Assembly: GCF_006345805.1 (NCBI RefSeq)
Contig: NC_043002.1
Coordinates: 73,098,001 to 73,162,000, forward strand
DNA: 64,000 bases
Direction: 5' to 3'
Source of the DNA: Octopus sinensis
Lineage: Eukaryota
Each line of letters opens with the position of its first letter. Positions within the stretch are counted from its first letter, which is position 1. The notes beneath the pieces were generated by a model. It was given only the letters and a program-made list of their open reading frames with translations. It had not been told where the DNA came from and did no database searches. Made by a program: the position numbers and the translations under genes. Below, in pieces: positions 1 to 12,610 of the stretch.

Positions 1-502
1 TCCCTGTTACTTAGTGGTTCAGCAAAAGAGATCAACAGAATAAGTACCAGGCTTGGGAAAAAATAAGTACTGGGGTCATTGATTCAGTAAAAAATTCTTC
101 ATGGTAGTGCCCCAACATGGCTGCCATCTGAAACAAGTAAAAGATAAAAGATACACACACACACACACACATTTATGTGGGTGTGTGTGGCCTCATGGTT
201 AGGGTGTTGCATTCATAACTGCAAGATAGTTCAATTCCCAGACCAGCAGTTGCATTATGTTTTTGAGTAAAAGAACTTCATTTCATGTTGCTGCAGTCTA
301 CTCAGCCATAAAAGGTAACCCTGCAACAGACTGGTGTTCCATTCAATGGGGTGATGTTGAGCTATCCACCTGGCTAGCAGGGTGGCATTATTTGAATGTT
401 TAAACAATGTGAGGAAGCCCCCAATTGGCCAGCAGCAGTGTATAACAGCATCTGATAGTCTAGCCATTACTGTGGTATATCATAATGATCATAATACATT
501 AT

Positions 503-563
<61 letters not shown>

Positions 564-645
564 ATATATATGTATATATATATATGTGCAAATATATGTG
601 TGTGTATATATATATATAATATATATATATATGTGTGTGTGTGTG

Positions 646-678
<33 letters not shown>

Positions 679-738
679 GTAGGTCCCGGGTTGATTCGGG
701 GTTAACCACAGTAAGTAAGGTATATATATATATATATA

Positions 739-790
<52 letters not shown>
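1..790. repeat. Copy 1 (5' end outside window) of a 1496-bp-period tandem duplication
   Basis: Positions 1-~790 recur at 1497-~2285; ORFs 255..467 and 1751..1963 give identical peptides. Visible differences are confined to TA/TG tracts. Confidence 0.95.
185..470 (+). mobile_element. Degenerate tRNA-derived SINE (repeated at 1681-1966)
   Basis: Decayed A box (TGGCCTCATGG) and B box (AGTTCAATTCC), with a central part resembling the SINE at 28186-28430 (AACCCTGCAACAGACTGGTGTTCC). Confidence 0.55.
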
Positions 791-791
<1 letters not shown>

Positions 792-1156
792 TCTTTTACT
801 TGTTTCAGCCATATGACTGCTGCCATGCTGGAGTACCACCTTTAGTCAAACAAATCAACCCCAGGATCTATTCTTTGAAAGCCTAGTACTTATTCTATCA
901 ATCTCTTTTTGCCAAACCGCTAAGTTACAGGGATGTAAACACACTAACATCGGTTGTCAAGTGATGGTGGGGGACAAGCACAGACACACGCAAATATATA
1001 CATATATATATATATGACTGGCTTCTTTCAGTTTCCATGTACCAAATCTACTCACAAGGCTTCGGTCGGCCCAAGGCTAAAGTAGAAGACACTTGCCCAA
1101 GGAGACACACAGTGGAACCAAACCTAGGACCATGTGGTTGGGAAGCAAGCTTCTTG
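792..1156 (-). mobile_element. tRNA-derived SINE, family A (most abundant family here; CORE-like CCTTGGGCAAG motif)
   Basis: Reverse complement matches the family consensus seen in full at 44121-44506. Confidence 0.9.
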
Positions 1157-1342
1157 TGGCTCAGTAGTTAGAGCATCAGGCTCACAATCATGAGGTAGTG
1201 AGTTCAATTCCTGGACTAGGCTGTGTGTTGTGTTCTTGAGCAAGACACTTTATTTCACATTGCACCAGTTCACTCGATAGTAGAAATGAGTTGCGGCATC
1301 ACTGGTGCCAAGTTGTATCGGTCTTTGCCTTTCCCTTGGCAA
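1157..1342 (+). mobile_element. tRNA-derived SINE, family D (5' part)
   Basis: TGGCTCAGTAGTTAGAGC A box, GAGTTCAATTCC B box, TTGAGCAAGACACTTTATTTCAC core; same family at 17165-17522 (-). Confidence 0.8.
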
Positions 1343-1496
1343 GTGTTTTCTATAATTGCTTTGGGCTGACCAAAGCCTTGTGTGGATTTGGTAGATGGAA
1401 ACCGAAAGAAGTTCATGATATAGAAAAGTATATGTGTACATGTGTGTGTCTTTGTATCTGGGCTTGTCCTCTACCACTGGTGTTGGTTTATTTACA

Positions 1497-1993
1497 TCCC
1501 TGTTACTTAGTGGTTCAGCAAAAGAGATCAACAGAATAAGTACCAGGCTTGGGAAAAAATAAGTACTGGGGTCATTGATTCAGTAAAAAATTCTTCATGG
1601 TAGTGCCCCAACATGGCTGCCATCTGAAACAAGTAAAAGATAAAAGATACACACACACACACACACATTTATGTGGGTGTGTGTGGCCTCATGGTTAGGG
1701 TGTTGCATTCATAACTGCAAGATAGTTCAATTCCCAGACCAGCAGTTGCATTATGTTTTTGAGTAAAAGAACTTCATTTCATGTTGCTGCAGTCTACTCA
1801 GCCATAAAAGGTAACCCTGCAACAGACTGGTGTTCCATTCAATGGGGTGATGTTGAGCTATCCACCTGGCTAGCAGGGTGGCATTATTTGAATGTTTAAA
1901 CAATGTGAGGAAGCCCCCAATTGGCCAGCAGCAGTGTATAACAGCATCTGATAGTCTAGCCATTACTGTGGTATATCATAATGATCATAATAC

Positions 1994-2052
<59 letters not shown>

Positions 2053-2085
2053 ATATATATGTATATATATATATGTGCAAATATA

Positions 2086-2134
<49 letters not shown>

Positions 2135-2205
2135 ATATGTATATATATATATATTATATATATATATGTAGGTCCCGGGTTGATTCGGGGTTAACCACAG
2201 TAAGT

Positions 2206-2248
<43 letters not shown>

Positions 2249-2285
2249 TATATATGTATGTATATATGTATATATATATATGGAA
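1497..2285. repeat. Copy 2 of the 1496-bp-period duplication
   Basis: Same sequence as 1-790; similarity ends in the (TA)n tract at ~2210-2280. Confidence 0.95.
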
Positions 2286-3038
2286 AAAGAAGTCAAGATA
2301 GAAAATGCTAAAATAATTTTATAAAATCATTTCAGTACCAGTTTCAGTCACTGACACTTTTTCAACTGTAAATATGGAAAACAATTAAATTTTGGAAAAA
2401 TGAAAAGCAAAGTTTTTTAAAAGAATATTTGCATAGTGTTCAAATACATGTGGCATTTTTCTTGTTTCTGCCTGTTTCTATGTCTCTCGTTTACTCTTGT
2501 GGGTTCGAGGTCATATATATATATATATGCATATGCAAATAAGGTATTGGTGTGTCTCAGGCAACATAGTTGTGTTGTAGTACAGAGAGAGATAATAGGG
2601 TAATGCCATAGTAGGATGGTGAGAGGGGTTGCTATGCTAAGGGAAGTAAAGCTGAGTTAGGAGGAATGAACAGATGTGATAAGATACAGTATCACACGTG
2701 TTTTTCTTGGACTATTTGTCTCCGGACCTTCCCTCTTTCCTCTTTCTGACAAAGAACCATGCTCGAAATGTCACACACACCCCATCCTTTTTCCCCATCT
2801 TAAACCGAGCATCAACCAAATACATTCTCTGTGTACATCCTATTGACATTCCTTGTTTTATTTTGCTATTTTCAGTTTGGATTTGCCATATATATATATA
2901 TTTAAATGTACATCCACAAAGATATATAATACACTGGCACATACACACACATACACACATACACACATACACGCATGCACACACACTCACACACACACAC
3001 ATACATACATGCATTACTCCATATCCAAGAAGAGATAG

Positions 3039-3075
<37 letters not shown>

Positions 3076-3289
3076 AGACATACAATTGGGGTTTTTTCAG
3101 TTTTGGAATCTGCTCACGAGGCTTTTGCTGGGGCAAGGCTGTGACAAACGACACATATTGAAGGTGTTGCACAGTGGAACTGAAGCCCAAAACACATGAT
3201 TTAGAGTCAAATTTGTGGACCATACAGTCATGCCTGCATCTTATATAGTACCTTTATTGGGTTATGGCTGCTCCCACTATACCTTTCTT

Positions 3290-3830
3290 TCCGAATGCTG
3301 CTGTTGTGTAGAGATTGCAAGCAATTTCCTTTTTCATTCTCTCTTTCTGTTTCCCTTTTTCTTCCTCTCTCTATCTCTATCTCTATCTCTGTCTCTGTCG
3401 CTCTCTCTCTCCCTCTATTTCTTTCATATTTTCTCTCTTTCTCTTTTTGCATCTGTCTCTCTGTCATTCTCTCTTTCTTTGTCTCTCATTCCTTCTCTAT
3501 TTCACTGCCTCTCTCTCATTCTTTCTCTGCCTGTCTGTCTCTCTCACTGTGTCTCTGTTCTTCCTCTCATTCTTTCTTTATCTCTCTCATCCTCTCCTTA
3601 ACTTTGTGTCTGTCTGTCTCTATCCCCCCTATCTCTCTCTTTCCCTCTCATTCTCTCTCTGGCTCTTTGATTTTCTCTCTAATTCCTCTCTCTCTCTCTC
3701 CCCCACACTCTCCTTCTCTTCTCTCTGCCATTGTGAAGATATATATACAAAGTTGGCTACATTCTTCCTGTTTATTCTAACTCCCTTTGTTTTCTCCCCT
3801 AATTGGAATAAACCTCTTTTTCTCTCCTAA
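3290..3830. repeat. Polypyrimidine (CT-rich) low-complexity tract
   Basis: About 540 bp of degenerate (CT)n/(CTTT)n on the + strand. Confidence 0.9.
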
Positions 3831-4985
3831 CCTAGGTATTTCATTCACTCATTCATTCACAGACTTATGGAGCCTTTACATGGTTGCTTTCTTCACCTGT
3901 TGCAAAATAGCTGCCAAACTTCTCTTAAATCACATCCTTAATGTCTTAAAAAAAGCTCAAAGACACATATGATAATGTAGTCCTGGTTATTTATATAAAT
4001 TAAAATAGTTAAATAAAATAAAGCATGATGGTCATGGTTGAAATACCTTTAATCATAGTTCTGTTTAATTAGGAGTGATGGCGAGGGGCCAAGCAATAAA
4101 TAACGCACACTTCTATTTACACACACACACACATGCGTGCACACACACACACACATACACACACACACACACACTCACACACACACACACACACACACAC
4201 ATATAGTCTACTTATATGAATATGGGTTCCTGCCTATTCTCACTGAGTAGGCTGTGATGACACTGAAATAGAGGTGGAAGAGTTGATTGTTTAGTGGGGT
4301 ATGCCATAAACTACCAATAGAAATGCTTAAAGCTGACTTTATTGATTTTCAACTAACCCTTTCATGGCCCTAATTCTAAACAAAACATTCTATGTGTTTC
4401 AATTAATTTTGAAAGTAATCAGTGATCAGGATAGAATTTAGTAAAATAACTTTGTTGGTGTTTGGATCATCGTCATTTAACACCCACTTTGCAATGCTTG
4501 CATGGGTCAGCCAGTATTGGTTGAGGCATATTTTCTACAGCTGGATGCCCTCCTTGTCACCAGCCCTCACCTGTAATATTACCCTGTGACCACAACACAC
4601 TGAAAATGAAAAGCATCACTTGTGTGACGATGCTCGTTTACAAATGTCACATGATGTCAAAACAAGGGTACATGCAAACACATACACACATATGGTGGGC
4701 TTCTTCCAGTTACCACCCACCAAATCCACTTGCAAAGCTTTGGTCAGCCTAGGGCTATAGTAGAAGACACCTACCCAAGGTGTCACACAATGAGGTTGAC
4801 TCAAGACTACATGGTTTGGAAGCAAGGTTCTCAACCACACAGCCATACTTGTACCTTACTAAATTAAAAAGATTCTGACCAGAAATTACAATGGAAGGTA
4901 TAAACTTAACTACAACCATCTTAAATGGAGAGGGACAGAAGGACCTGCAGGTGTGTTTATAGCAAAGGGATTGAAATTGTCTGTA

Positions 4986-5192
4986 ATACAAAGGGATGCT
5001 GAAAAGTTCCTGGCTTTGGGTAAAAGAAAATACATTATGATTTTATTCAACGTATATCCCTCACAGGTTCACACACTTATTACAGCAGTCCTTCAGTTTT
5101 ACTAAACCCTGTAAAAGACCTTGGAAGGTTGGGCCTTCAACCAGGCCATTCGCAATACCTTTAAAGCGAGGATCTTTTCAGCACCCCCTTGT
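4986..5192. mobile_element. Mariner-derived MITE
   Basis: Inverted termini TACAAAGGGATGCTGAAAAGTTCCTGGCTTT ... AAAGCGAGGATCTTTTCAGCACCCCCTTGT, resembling mariner TA-CGAGGG ends; no ORF. Confidence 0.7.
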
Positions 5193-5652
5193 GTGTGTGT
5201 GTGTGTGTGTGTATCGATTGATAAGTATTCTTCTTGGAGTCTATAAATAGATATCACTCCTGTAATTAGCTAGAAACATATTCAATCCAGATGTAGCCAC
5301 CCACTAAAATACAATGTCTGTACATGTTGGGAGTTGAAATTTCCCCTAATTCATTCTATTGATTTTTCTTCTGGGGTCTTCCTACTGTCATTTGACTAAT
5401 CAGCATTATGTTTGCTTAGGTATGTGTGTGTGTGTGTGTGTGTGTATACAAACAACATACACACATATATAGTGTGTGTGTATATTTATATGTATATGTA
5501 TATATACATATAAGTCCCGCCCATGCTAGCATGGAACACAGACCTTAAATGATGATGATGATGACATATATATATATATATATGCATATTGTGTGTGTGT
5601 ATAAATGTATATGTGTATATATTGTGTGCACATATGTGTGTCTATGTGTAAG

Positions 5653-5713
<61 letters not shown>

Positions 5714-6429
5714 AACATGTATATATATATATGCACACATACCATTCATGCATGTTGATATGTGTATGTAATTTGTACGGGACACCGTATAATTCTTTAT
5801 AATTGAAATTCTAATATCTTATATATACTTTTGTTCATTCCATATAATGACGAGTGAGTGCAGGGAAGGAGAGCAGTTGGCCTCTATTCTCCTCTCCACT
5901 CCACCCTATCCCCTCGAAAAAAATGAAACAAAAGAAAAAACACAAGAGAAAAAATAAGAATTGTATAAATTGTATAAAAAACATTGTTCATAAGCAGGTG
6001 AACGGAAATGAAAATGTGGAGAAGATAGGAACCCGATTTCACCCCTCACTTTCTCTTTGCCTATTTGTTTCTCTCTCTTTCTCACTCTCCCTCTCTCTCT
6101 CTCTCTCCTTCTCACACACACATACAAACACAAACACTATTAATACAAGCATATACACACAAAATGTATGTATACACATGTTCATAACCTTTACTCTTTC
6201 TTTCAATAGTGAGGTATCATATGGTTCTGTGTGTTTACAGCCTTTCGTTTTGTCTGATCTGAAATTAGTTTTTGCCTTGTGATATTTCCATGAAAAGTTC
6301 TGCTCACCAGCCCTATCGCGGCCTGGTTGTGTATCAAGGCTCTTCTCTGCTGTTTGCTGACATTTCGCTATTCACCATTGATACATATATAAAAGGTCCA
6401 TCATTAAACCTTCCTTCCTGATCAAATAT

Positions 6430-6477
<48 letters not shown>

Positions 6478-7397
6478 TATCAAAAAAATAAATATGTAAA
6501 CAACTAATAAATACATAAACATATAAATAAAGAAAAGAATGGGTGAAAGCAATAATTTTGAATTCATTTTTATTTCTTTGAGTATTCAGATGCAATTATT
6601 TTAAATGAAAATCCATTGTGTTTTGTGAATTAATTATAATTATCGATGTTCAAGAATTAAATTTGCTTGAGATAGATATGGATTGTGTAATATAAATTTT
6701 AAAGATAAAATGCAATTTTTTTCTTAATATTTGTTAAATTTATATAAATTCAGATCTGCGTCAATTTTGGAAAAAAATCTTATGCAGGAATAAAAGTCTT
6801 ATCTATTAATGACAGGTAAAAGCATCCATGTAGCTTTAAAAGAAAAAGAGCAAAGAAAGGAAGAAAGGAAGGAGTTAAAATATATCTATTTTTTCTCCAG
6901 CTGCTACATCATCATTTTCATCCCTTTAGAATAAATATCTTACTTAGCCTTAGCTATTGGCTAAGATTTTTAACAGGCCGAGGAAGTTGCGGTCAATGTA
7001 AATTACCTGCTTAACACATTCATAGTTGTTGCATTGTTGCGCTATCACCGCATATACAACATAGAACATTCTCAACTGGATGATTTATTGATTTCTCTGC
7101 TAAGCCTACCTGTCTTTTTCTATTTGCTGTAGCCACCACCCTGTGTGCCTTAATAAGAGCTTGCTTGGGCTGGCTGTCTAGTAGCCTACTATAGTTAAAC
7201 GGAATTCGACGTTATGCATAATAGCTGTTGCATTCAAAGGAGATTATGGTAAATGCCCGTGAAAATTTCCAATTTACCAATCTCAAATTTCTACCAGTAT
7301 CATTTGTGCTTCTTAATTCTCATTATCTTTCCATCTGCTGTTTTTACTGCACCAGATTTCAGCACACGTTAAAGTTTACAGGATATCTCTCTCTCTT

Positions 7398-7477
<80 letters not shown>

Positions 7478-7836
7478 GCTCTCCCTCTCCTTTCACATTT
7501 ATTTATTAGTCGCAATGATAGAAGTATTATACATTTATTGGAGATAAATGTTTCAATATTTTATAAGCATCTTCCATAATTCTGTTTAATTGGCTTGGCT
7601 TGCCACATCAGCTCAGCTCCTTGTATATTGGTTCATTCTAGACTGTACTCTACACTTGAGTATTGATTTCCTTTCCTGCTTGAGAGCACCAGGCCACAAA
7701 TTTATAAAGGGGCGGAGAACGATATTGCTCAAAGGCACTAGCGGCATTAAGTGAAGTGAAGTGAACGGGCTTCAAATGGGAATCGGATCTGGGAAATTTA
7801 CTCCATGCTTTACAGTTCTCACTACCGTATCTTTAA

Positions 7837-8162
7837 ATATTGATTTCTTCCTAAGGCACATGACCAAATTTTGTAGGGATTACATATAGATTTTCATTTC
7901 ATTCATTTGATTTTATATTGCGATTGGTGAGTTATAGGGCTATTGGTTACCAGTTTCTAACAGACTGTATCATACGGGTTTACTGGATTTCATATATTTC
8001 CACATATTGATTTCTTCCTAAGGCACAAGACCAAATTTTGTAGGGATTACATATAGATTTTCATTTCATTCATTTGATTTTATATTGCGATTGGTGAGTT
8101 ATAGGGCTATTAGTTACCAGTTTCTAACAGACTGTATCATACGAGTTTACTGCATTTCATAC
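7837..8162. repeat. 167-bp tandem duplication (about 1.95 copies)
   Basis: ATATTGATTTCTTCCTAAGGCAC... starts at 7837 and again at 8004 with only a few substitutions. Confidence 0.95.
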
Positions 8163-8264
8163 ACTGAAAGTGACACAAAAAAAACTCTCCGTGCAAAGGA
8201 CTTTGTTTAACAAGCACTGTATTTTCACTTATGCTTACTTCATACGTACATAACTCATTAATAG

Positions 8265-8495
8265 ATCATCATCATCATCATCGTTTAACGTCCGTTTTCC
8301 ATGCTGGCATGGTTTAGACGGTTCAACTGGGGTCTGGGAAGCCAGAAGGCTGCGCTAGGCCTAGTCTGATCTGGCAGTGTTTCTACAGCTGGATGCCCTT
8401 CCTAACACCAACCACTCCGTGAGTGTAGTGGGTGCTTTTTACATGCCACCTGCACAGGTGCCAGACGAGGCTGGCAAACGGCCACGATCGGATAT
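8265..8495 (-). mobile_element. RTE-type LINE 3' UTR fragment ending in (TGA)n
   Basis: CATCATCAT-CGTTTAACGTCCGTTTTCCATGCTGGCATGG...CTACAGCTGGATGCCCTTCCTAA; the same tail is joined to RTE RT coding sequence at 54306-55134. Confidence 0.8.
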
Positions 8496-9033
8496 ACACA
8501 CATACACATACACACTCACATATACGCAGATAGATGCATATGTTTGTGGGTATTTATACATGAATGTATGTGTGTCTGTGTGTGTGTGTGTGTTAATATA
8601 TATTCAGCTTTGTGAATATGTGTGTGTATCAGGCCTGTCGAGAGACTTAGGTGTGCCTAGGGTTGCTTCAGGGTGTTCTGGGTGGGCACTAATTTGTATT
8701 GCTGGAAGGTTTTTGTAAACCATATTTTCTAAATCTGAGGGTTTTGCTATTGAATAATGAGGGAGCATTGCTGTCCAGTGCACCCCCTTAGCAAGGACAT
8801 AGTGTGTACATCTTCATGTGTGTGTGTATGTGTATGAACCATCATACTTTTACATAGGCTTTCCAACTTGACAACACTTTCAGAGGTAGCTGAAAGAGAT
8901 GACATCAAGAAGAACATCAGATCATAAAGCATTGACTTAAAACACCAGTCAAAGTACTGGAATTGAGGTTATAAGCTGTTCCTTTCAGAAAAGTTCCTAG
9001 CCTTGTACCTATGTTAGGAATTATTATTTGTTA

Positions 9034-9071
<38 letters not shown>

Positions 9072-9879
9072 TTTAGGTGATGAGCTTGGTGACATTTCAT
9101 GTCTTGACATTCTGAGTTCAAATTTCATTGAGGTCAACTTTGCCCTTCATTTTCTCAGGGTTAAAAAGAATAAGTACCAGATGAGTCCTGGGGGGTGTCA
9201 GACTAATCAACTAGCCCTCTCCCACAAAATTTCAGGCCTTGTACATATAGTAGAAAGAATTATTATTAATAGTGGTGGTGACGGTAGTAGTAGTAGTAGT
9301 AGTAGTAGTGATGGTGAATGTACATATGCCACATTTCAAACAAAAACATGTCTTAATTTACCCCATTCAGGCCCTCTTTTAACTGTAGTTAGGCAACATA
9401 TGGTATTAAATAAAAGTAATAATAAAACAGAGCCTTTTTCTCAAAAAAAGTTCTGGGTCCTACTCTCAAAAACATTAGACCTCCCTTCTTCACGTCAAAT
9501 TAATTCTACTTAACTACTTGCCAATGCAGACCATTGCGTCTCTCCTTGGCTTCAACTGTGTCTCTTGTTTATAATACCTGGATTGTTTAACAGAGTGTAT
9601 TGAAATTATAAGATGCCAGGCATCTTGATCAACTCACTTTGTATATTTATAATGTATCTACAATGAAGGCTGCAATACAGTACATAAGGCATGAACTCTG
9701 CTCTTAAGCAAACTTCTATTAGATCTTTAATACCCGAGATTTGGAGTAAATAACTTCTCATGTTGTGCTGATTAATTACCAGAGATAAACAGCTTAATAT
9801 TTAGAACGAAGTTTAGCATAGAATTCATATATTTAGGCATTATCTTATCTTCTATCTTTAATAGGGTCCCCCAGCATGG

Positions 9880-10325
9880 TCTCAGTCATTAGACTGCAGC
9901 CATTCTAGGACACCCCCTTAAAGCAGTGTAGTTGAGCAAATCAACCCCAGTACTTATTTTTTTTAAAGCCTGGTACTTATTGTATCAGTCTCTTTTGCTG
10001 AACCACTAAGCTATGGGGATGTAAACATACCAACACTGGTTGACAAGTGGTGGTAGGGAATAGAAAGAAAGATATACACTCATAGATATGTATGCATGTA
10101 TATATATATATATGTGTGTGTGTGTATGTGTATATATAAACATATATTTATATATGATTGGCTTCTTTTAGTTTCCATATATTAAATCCACTCTCAAGGC
10201 TTTGGTTGACCTCAGGCTATAGTAGAAGACACTTGCCCAAGGTGTCATGCAGTGGGACTGAACCTGGAACCATGTAGTTGAGAAGCAAACTTCTTACCAC
10301 ATAATTATGCAACATCCTATGGCTG
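9880..10325 (-). mobile_element. SINE family A
   Basis: Near full-length match to the family A consensus with internal TA/TG microsatellite. Confidence 0.9.
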
Positions 10326-10334
10326 TATATTTTA

Positions 10335-10711
10335 AAAGGTTCACATTGGAACCAGGTGGTTGCAAGTTCATCCCAATGTGTGGTATCTTGGGCAAGTGAC
10401 TTCAATGCCATATGAATGAATTTGACACAGACACTGTTTAGAAACCCACCATGTGTGTGTGTATGTATGTGTGCATATATATATGTGCATGTGTATGCAT
10501 GCATGTGTGTGTACGAGTCTTTGTGTTTGTCTTGCTCTCCACTTGACAACTGATGTTGGTTTGTTTATGTCCTCACAGCTTAGTGGATTGGCAAGAAATG
10601 AAGCCTATAGGATAAAGTATCATCTTTACTAGGCACTAGGTCAGTCTGATCAACTAAACACTTCAAGTCAGTGCCCCAGTATGCCAGTAGTCCAATGACT
10701 AAAACAAGTAA

Positions 10712-10712
<1 letters not shown>
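10335..10712 (+). mobile_element. SINE family A (decayed), followed by (AAT)n
   Basis: GGTATCTTGGGCAAGTG core and ...CAATGACTAAAACAAGTAAAA 3' end. Confidence 0.8.
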
Positions 10713-10766
<54 letters not shown>

Positions 10767-11189
10767 TGAATGAATAAAATAAACCATCTCAATGATAATC
10801 CAATTGCTATTTATCCATTGTGAATGGCTTAACAATAGGTAGGTGAATATACTTCATTGAGGAAGGGAATCTGCCTAAAATGGGGGTTAGATGTTTTCCC
10901 TTTTCATGACAACCTAACACATTCATTGCTTTTGTGTTTGCTGTAAAAAATTAGGCCAGCTGGATTTTCTGCTTTTGAATGGGTAGATTAATATGAACTC
11001 CCTTCCAGCAGCAAGCACCACTGCTGCCGCCGCCACCACCACCACCACCACTGCTAATGCCTCCCAAATTGAAAGAGTTTGTCAAATGGTTTTGGGGTCA
11101 ACTGTCTTCCTGTAGAAATGAGGGTGCCATGAGTGCATTCCTAAAAGAGAAAAGAAAATGAACAACAATGCTTAAGCTATTATGATTGC

Positions 11190-11192
11190 ATA

Positions 11193-11284
<92 letters not shown>

Positions 11285-11640
11285 GGTGGTGGTGGTGGTG
11301 GTGGTGGTGGTGGTGTGGTGGTGGTGGTAAAGGATGATGATAGTCCTGATGATGGTGGTGGTGGTGGTAAAGGATGATGATAGTGCTGCTGATGATGGTG
11401 GTGGTGGTGGTGGTGGTGTTAAAGGATGATGATAGTACTGATGGTGGTGGTGGCGGTGGCGGCGGCAGCTTGTTGTAAAAGATGAGAATGAAGATGATGA
11501 TAGAGTGCTGATGATGGTGGTAGTGGTGGTGGTGGTGGGCATAATGATGATAGTTGTGCTGGAGGCTGTGATAATGGTAGCATTTAGTAGCAAAATAGTA
11601 AATGATGATGATGATGATCATGATGATCATGATGGGAGTG
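11190..11640. repeat. Compound trinucleotide repeat (CTG)n(TTG)n(TGG)n/(GAT)n
   Basis: Directly visible; explains ORFs 11172..11693, 11180..11593 and 11186..11377. Confidence 0.95.
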
Positions 11641-11813
11641 ATTGTGGTCGAAGCCTTCTTTCCAAGAACTTCCTCTTGCTCAACATTAATCAACTTTAAT
11701 GAAGAACAATTTCCAGACCATGTGATGTAATTAGTTTATTTCGGTTATATTTTATCTTCAAATTTTATTAATAGCATAGAGCTCTTTCCTTTAAATTTCT
11801 TTTAATTTATTTG

Positions 11814-11846
<33 letters not shown>

Positions 11847-12309
11847 TTTTTTTTTTTGAAGCTGTACTCTGATCTCCTTTCCAGAAGTTAGTCAGAGAGT
11901 CACGGACTCTTGTTGTCCGATGGATGTTTTTCTTTCTTTTCCATCTTCCTATTCATTTCACATTTAACTTGACCTCATGAAGCACCTTCCTCTGATGACT
12001 ATAAGATACTGCTTCGAGCCTGTTTTTACAACCTGTTTCATTGCTTGATAGAATGGTGGGGGTGCAGGATAATGGGGGTGAAGGAGAGAGAGAAGGGCTG
12101 AAGGATGGAGAGGTAGTGAGGATGGGAGGAGAGAGAGAGAGAGAGAAAGCTTTAATGACTTGAGAATGTGATTGGAGTGTATGAAGAGAGAGCTGTTGTT
12201 GTTTAACCCAGTGTCAGCTTTGACTGGAGAAAACCCCTGTGATCAGAGACATTCTTGCCATGACTAAAGCATCTTATATAGCATAATACATATAGGATCA
12301 CATTATTCA

Positions 12310-12610
12310 AGGCCTCCTCCTCTCCTCATCTTGCCCCTTCCTCTTCCTCCTTGTCTTTCTCTCCTTCCTTATCCTCATTGTCTCTCTCTTCTTTCTTTTT
12401 CTTCCTCTTCCACCTCTTCTTCCTGCTCCTCCTCCTCCTCTTCTTCTTCCTCTCCTTCTTCCTTCTTCCTCCTCTTCTTCTTCCACTCCTTCTTCCTCCT
12501 CCTCCTCCTCTCCCTCTTTCTCCCCTTCCTTCTCTTTCCCTTCTTCCTCATCTTCTCTCTCTTCCTCCTCTTCTCCATCCTCATATCTTCTCTCTCTTCC
12601 TCCTCTCCTA
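12310..12610. repeat. (CTT/CCT)n pyrimidine tract
   Basis: Directly visible. Confidence 0.9.

Noticed and set aside
490-790. Single-base phase breaks in (TA)n tracts that differ between duplicate copies
   Set aside because: Consistent with slippage or long-read consensus error; carries no interpretable signal.
2325-2372. Minus-strand hammerhead-like remnant (CAGTTGAAAAAGTGTCAGTGACTGAAACTGGTACTG)
   Set aside because: Too degenerate (no CTGANGA box) to support, although it is probably a Penelope-like terminus.
6334-6567. Minus-strand ORF and CpG-containing patch at 6240-6420 as a possible exon
   Set aside because: No recognisable protein motif and no convincing donor; the ORF owes its length to a CA repeat.
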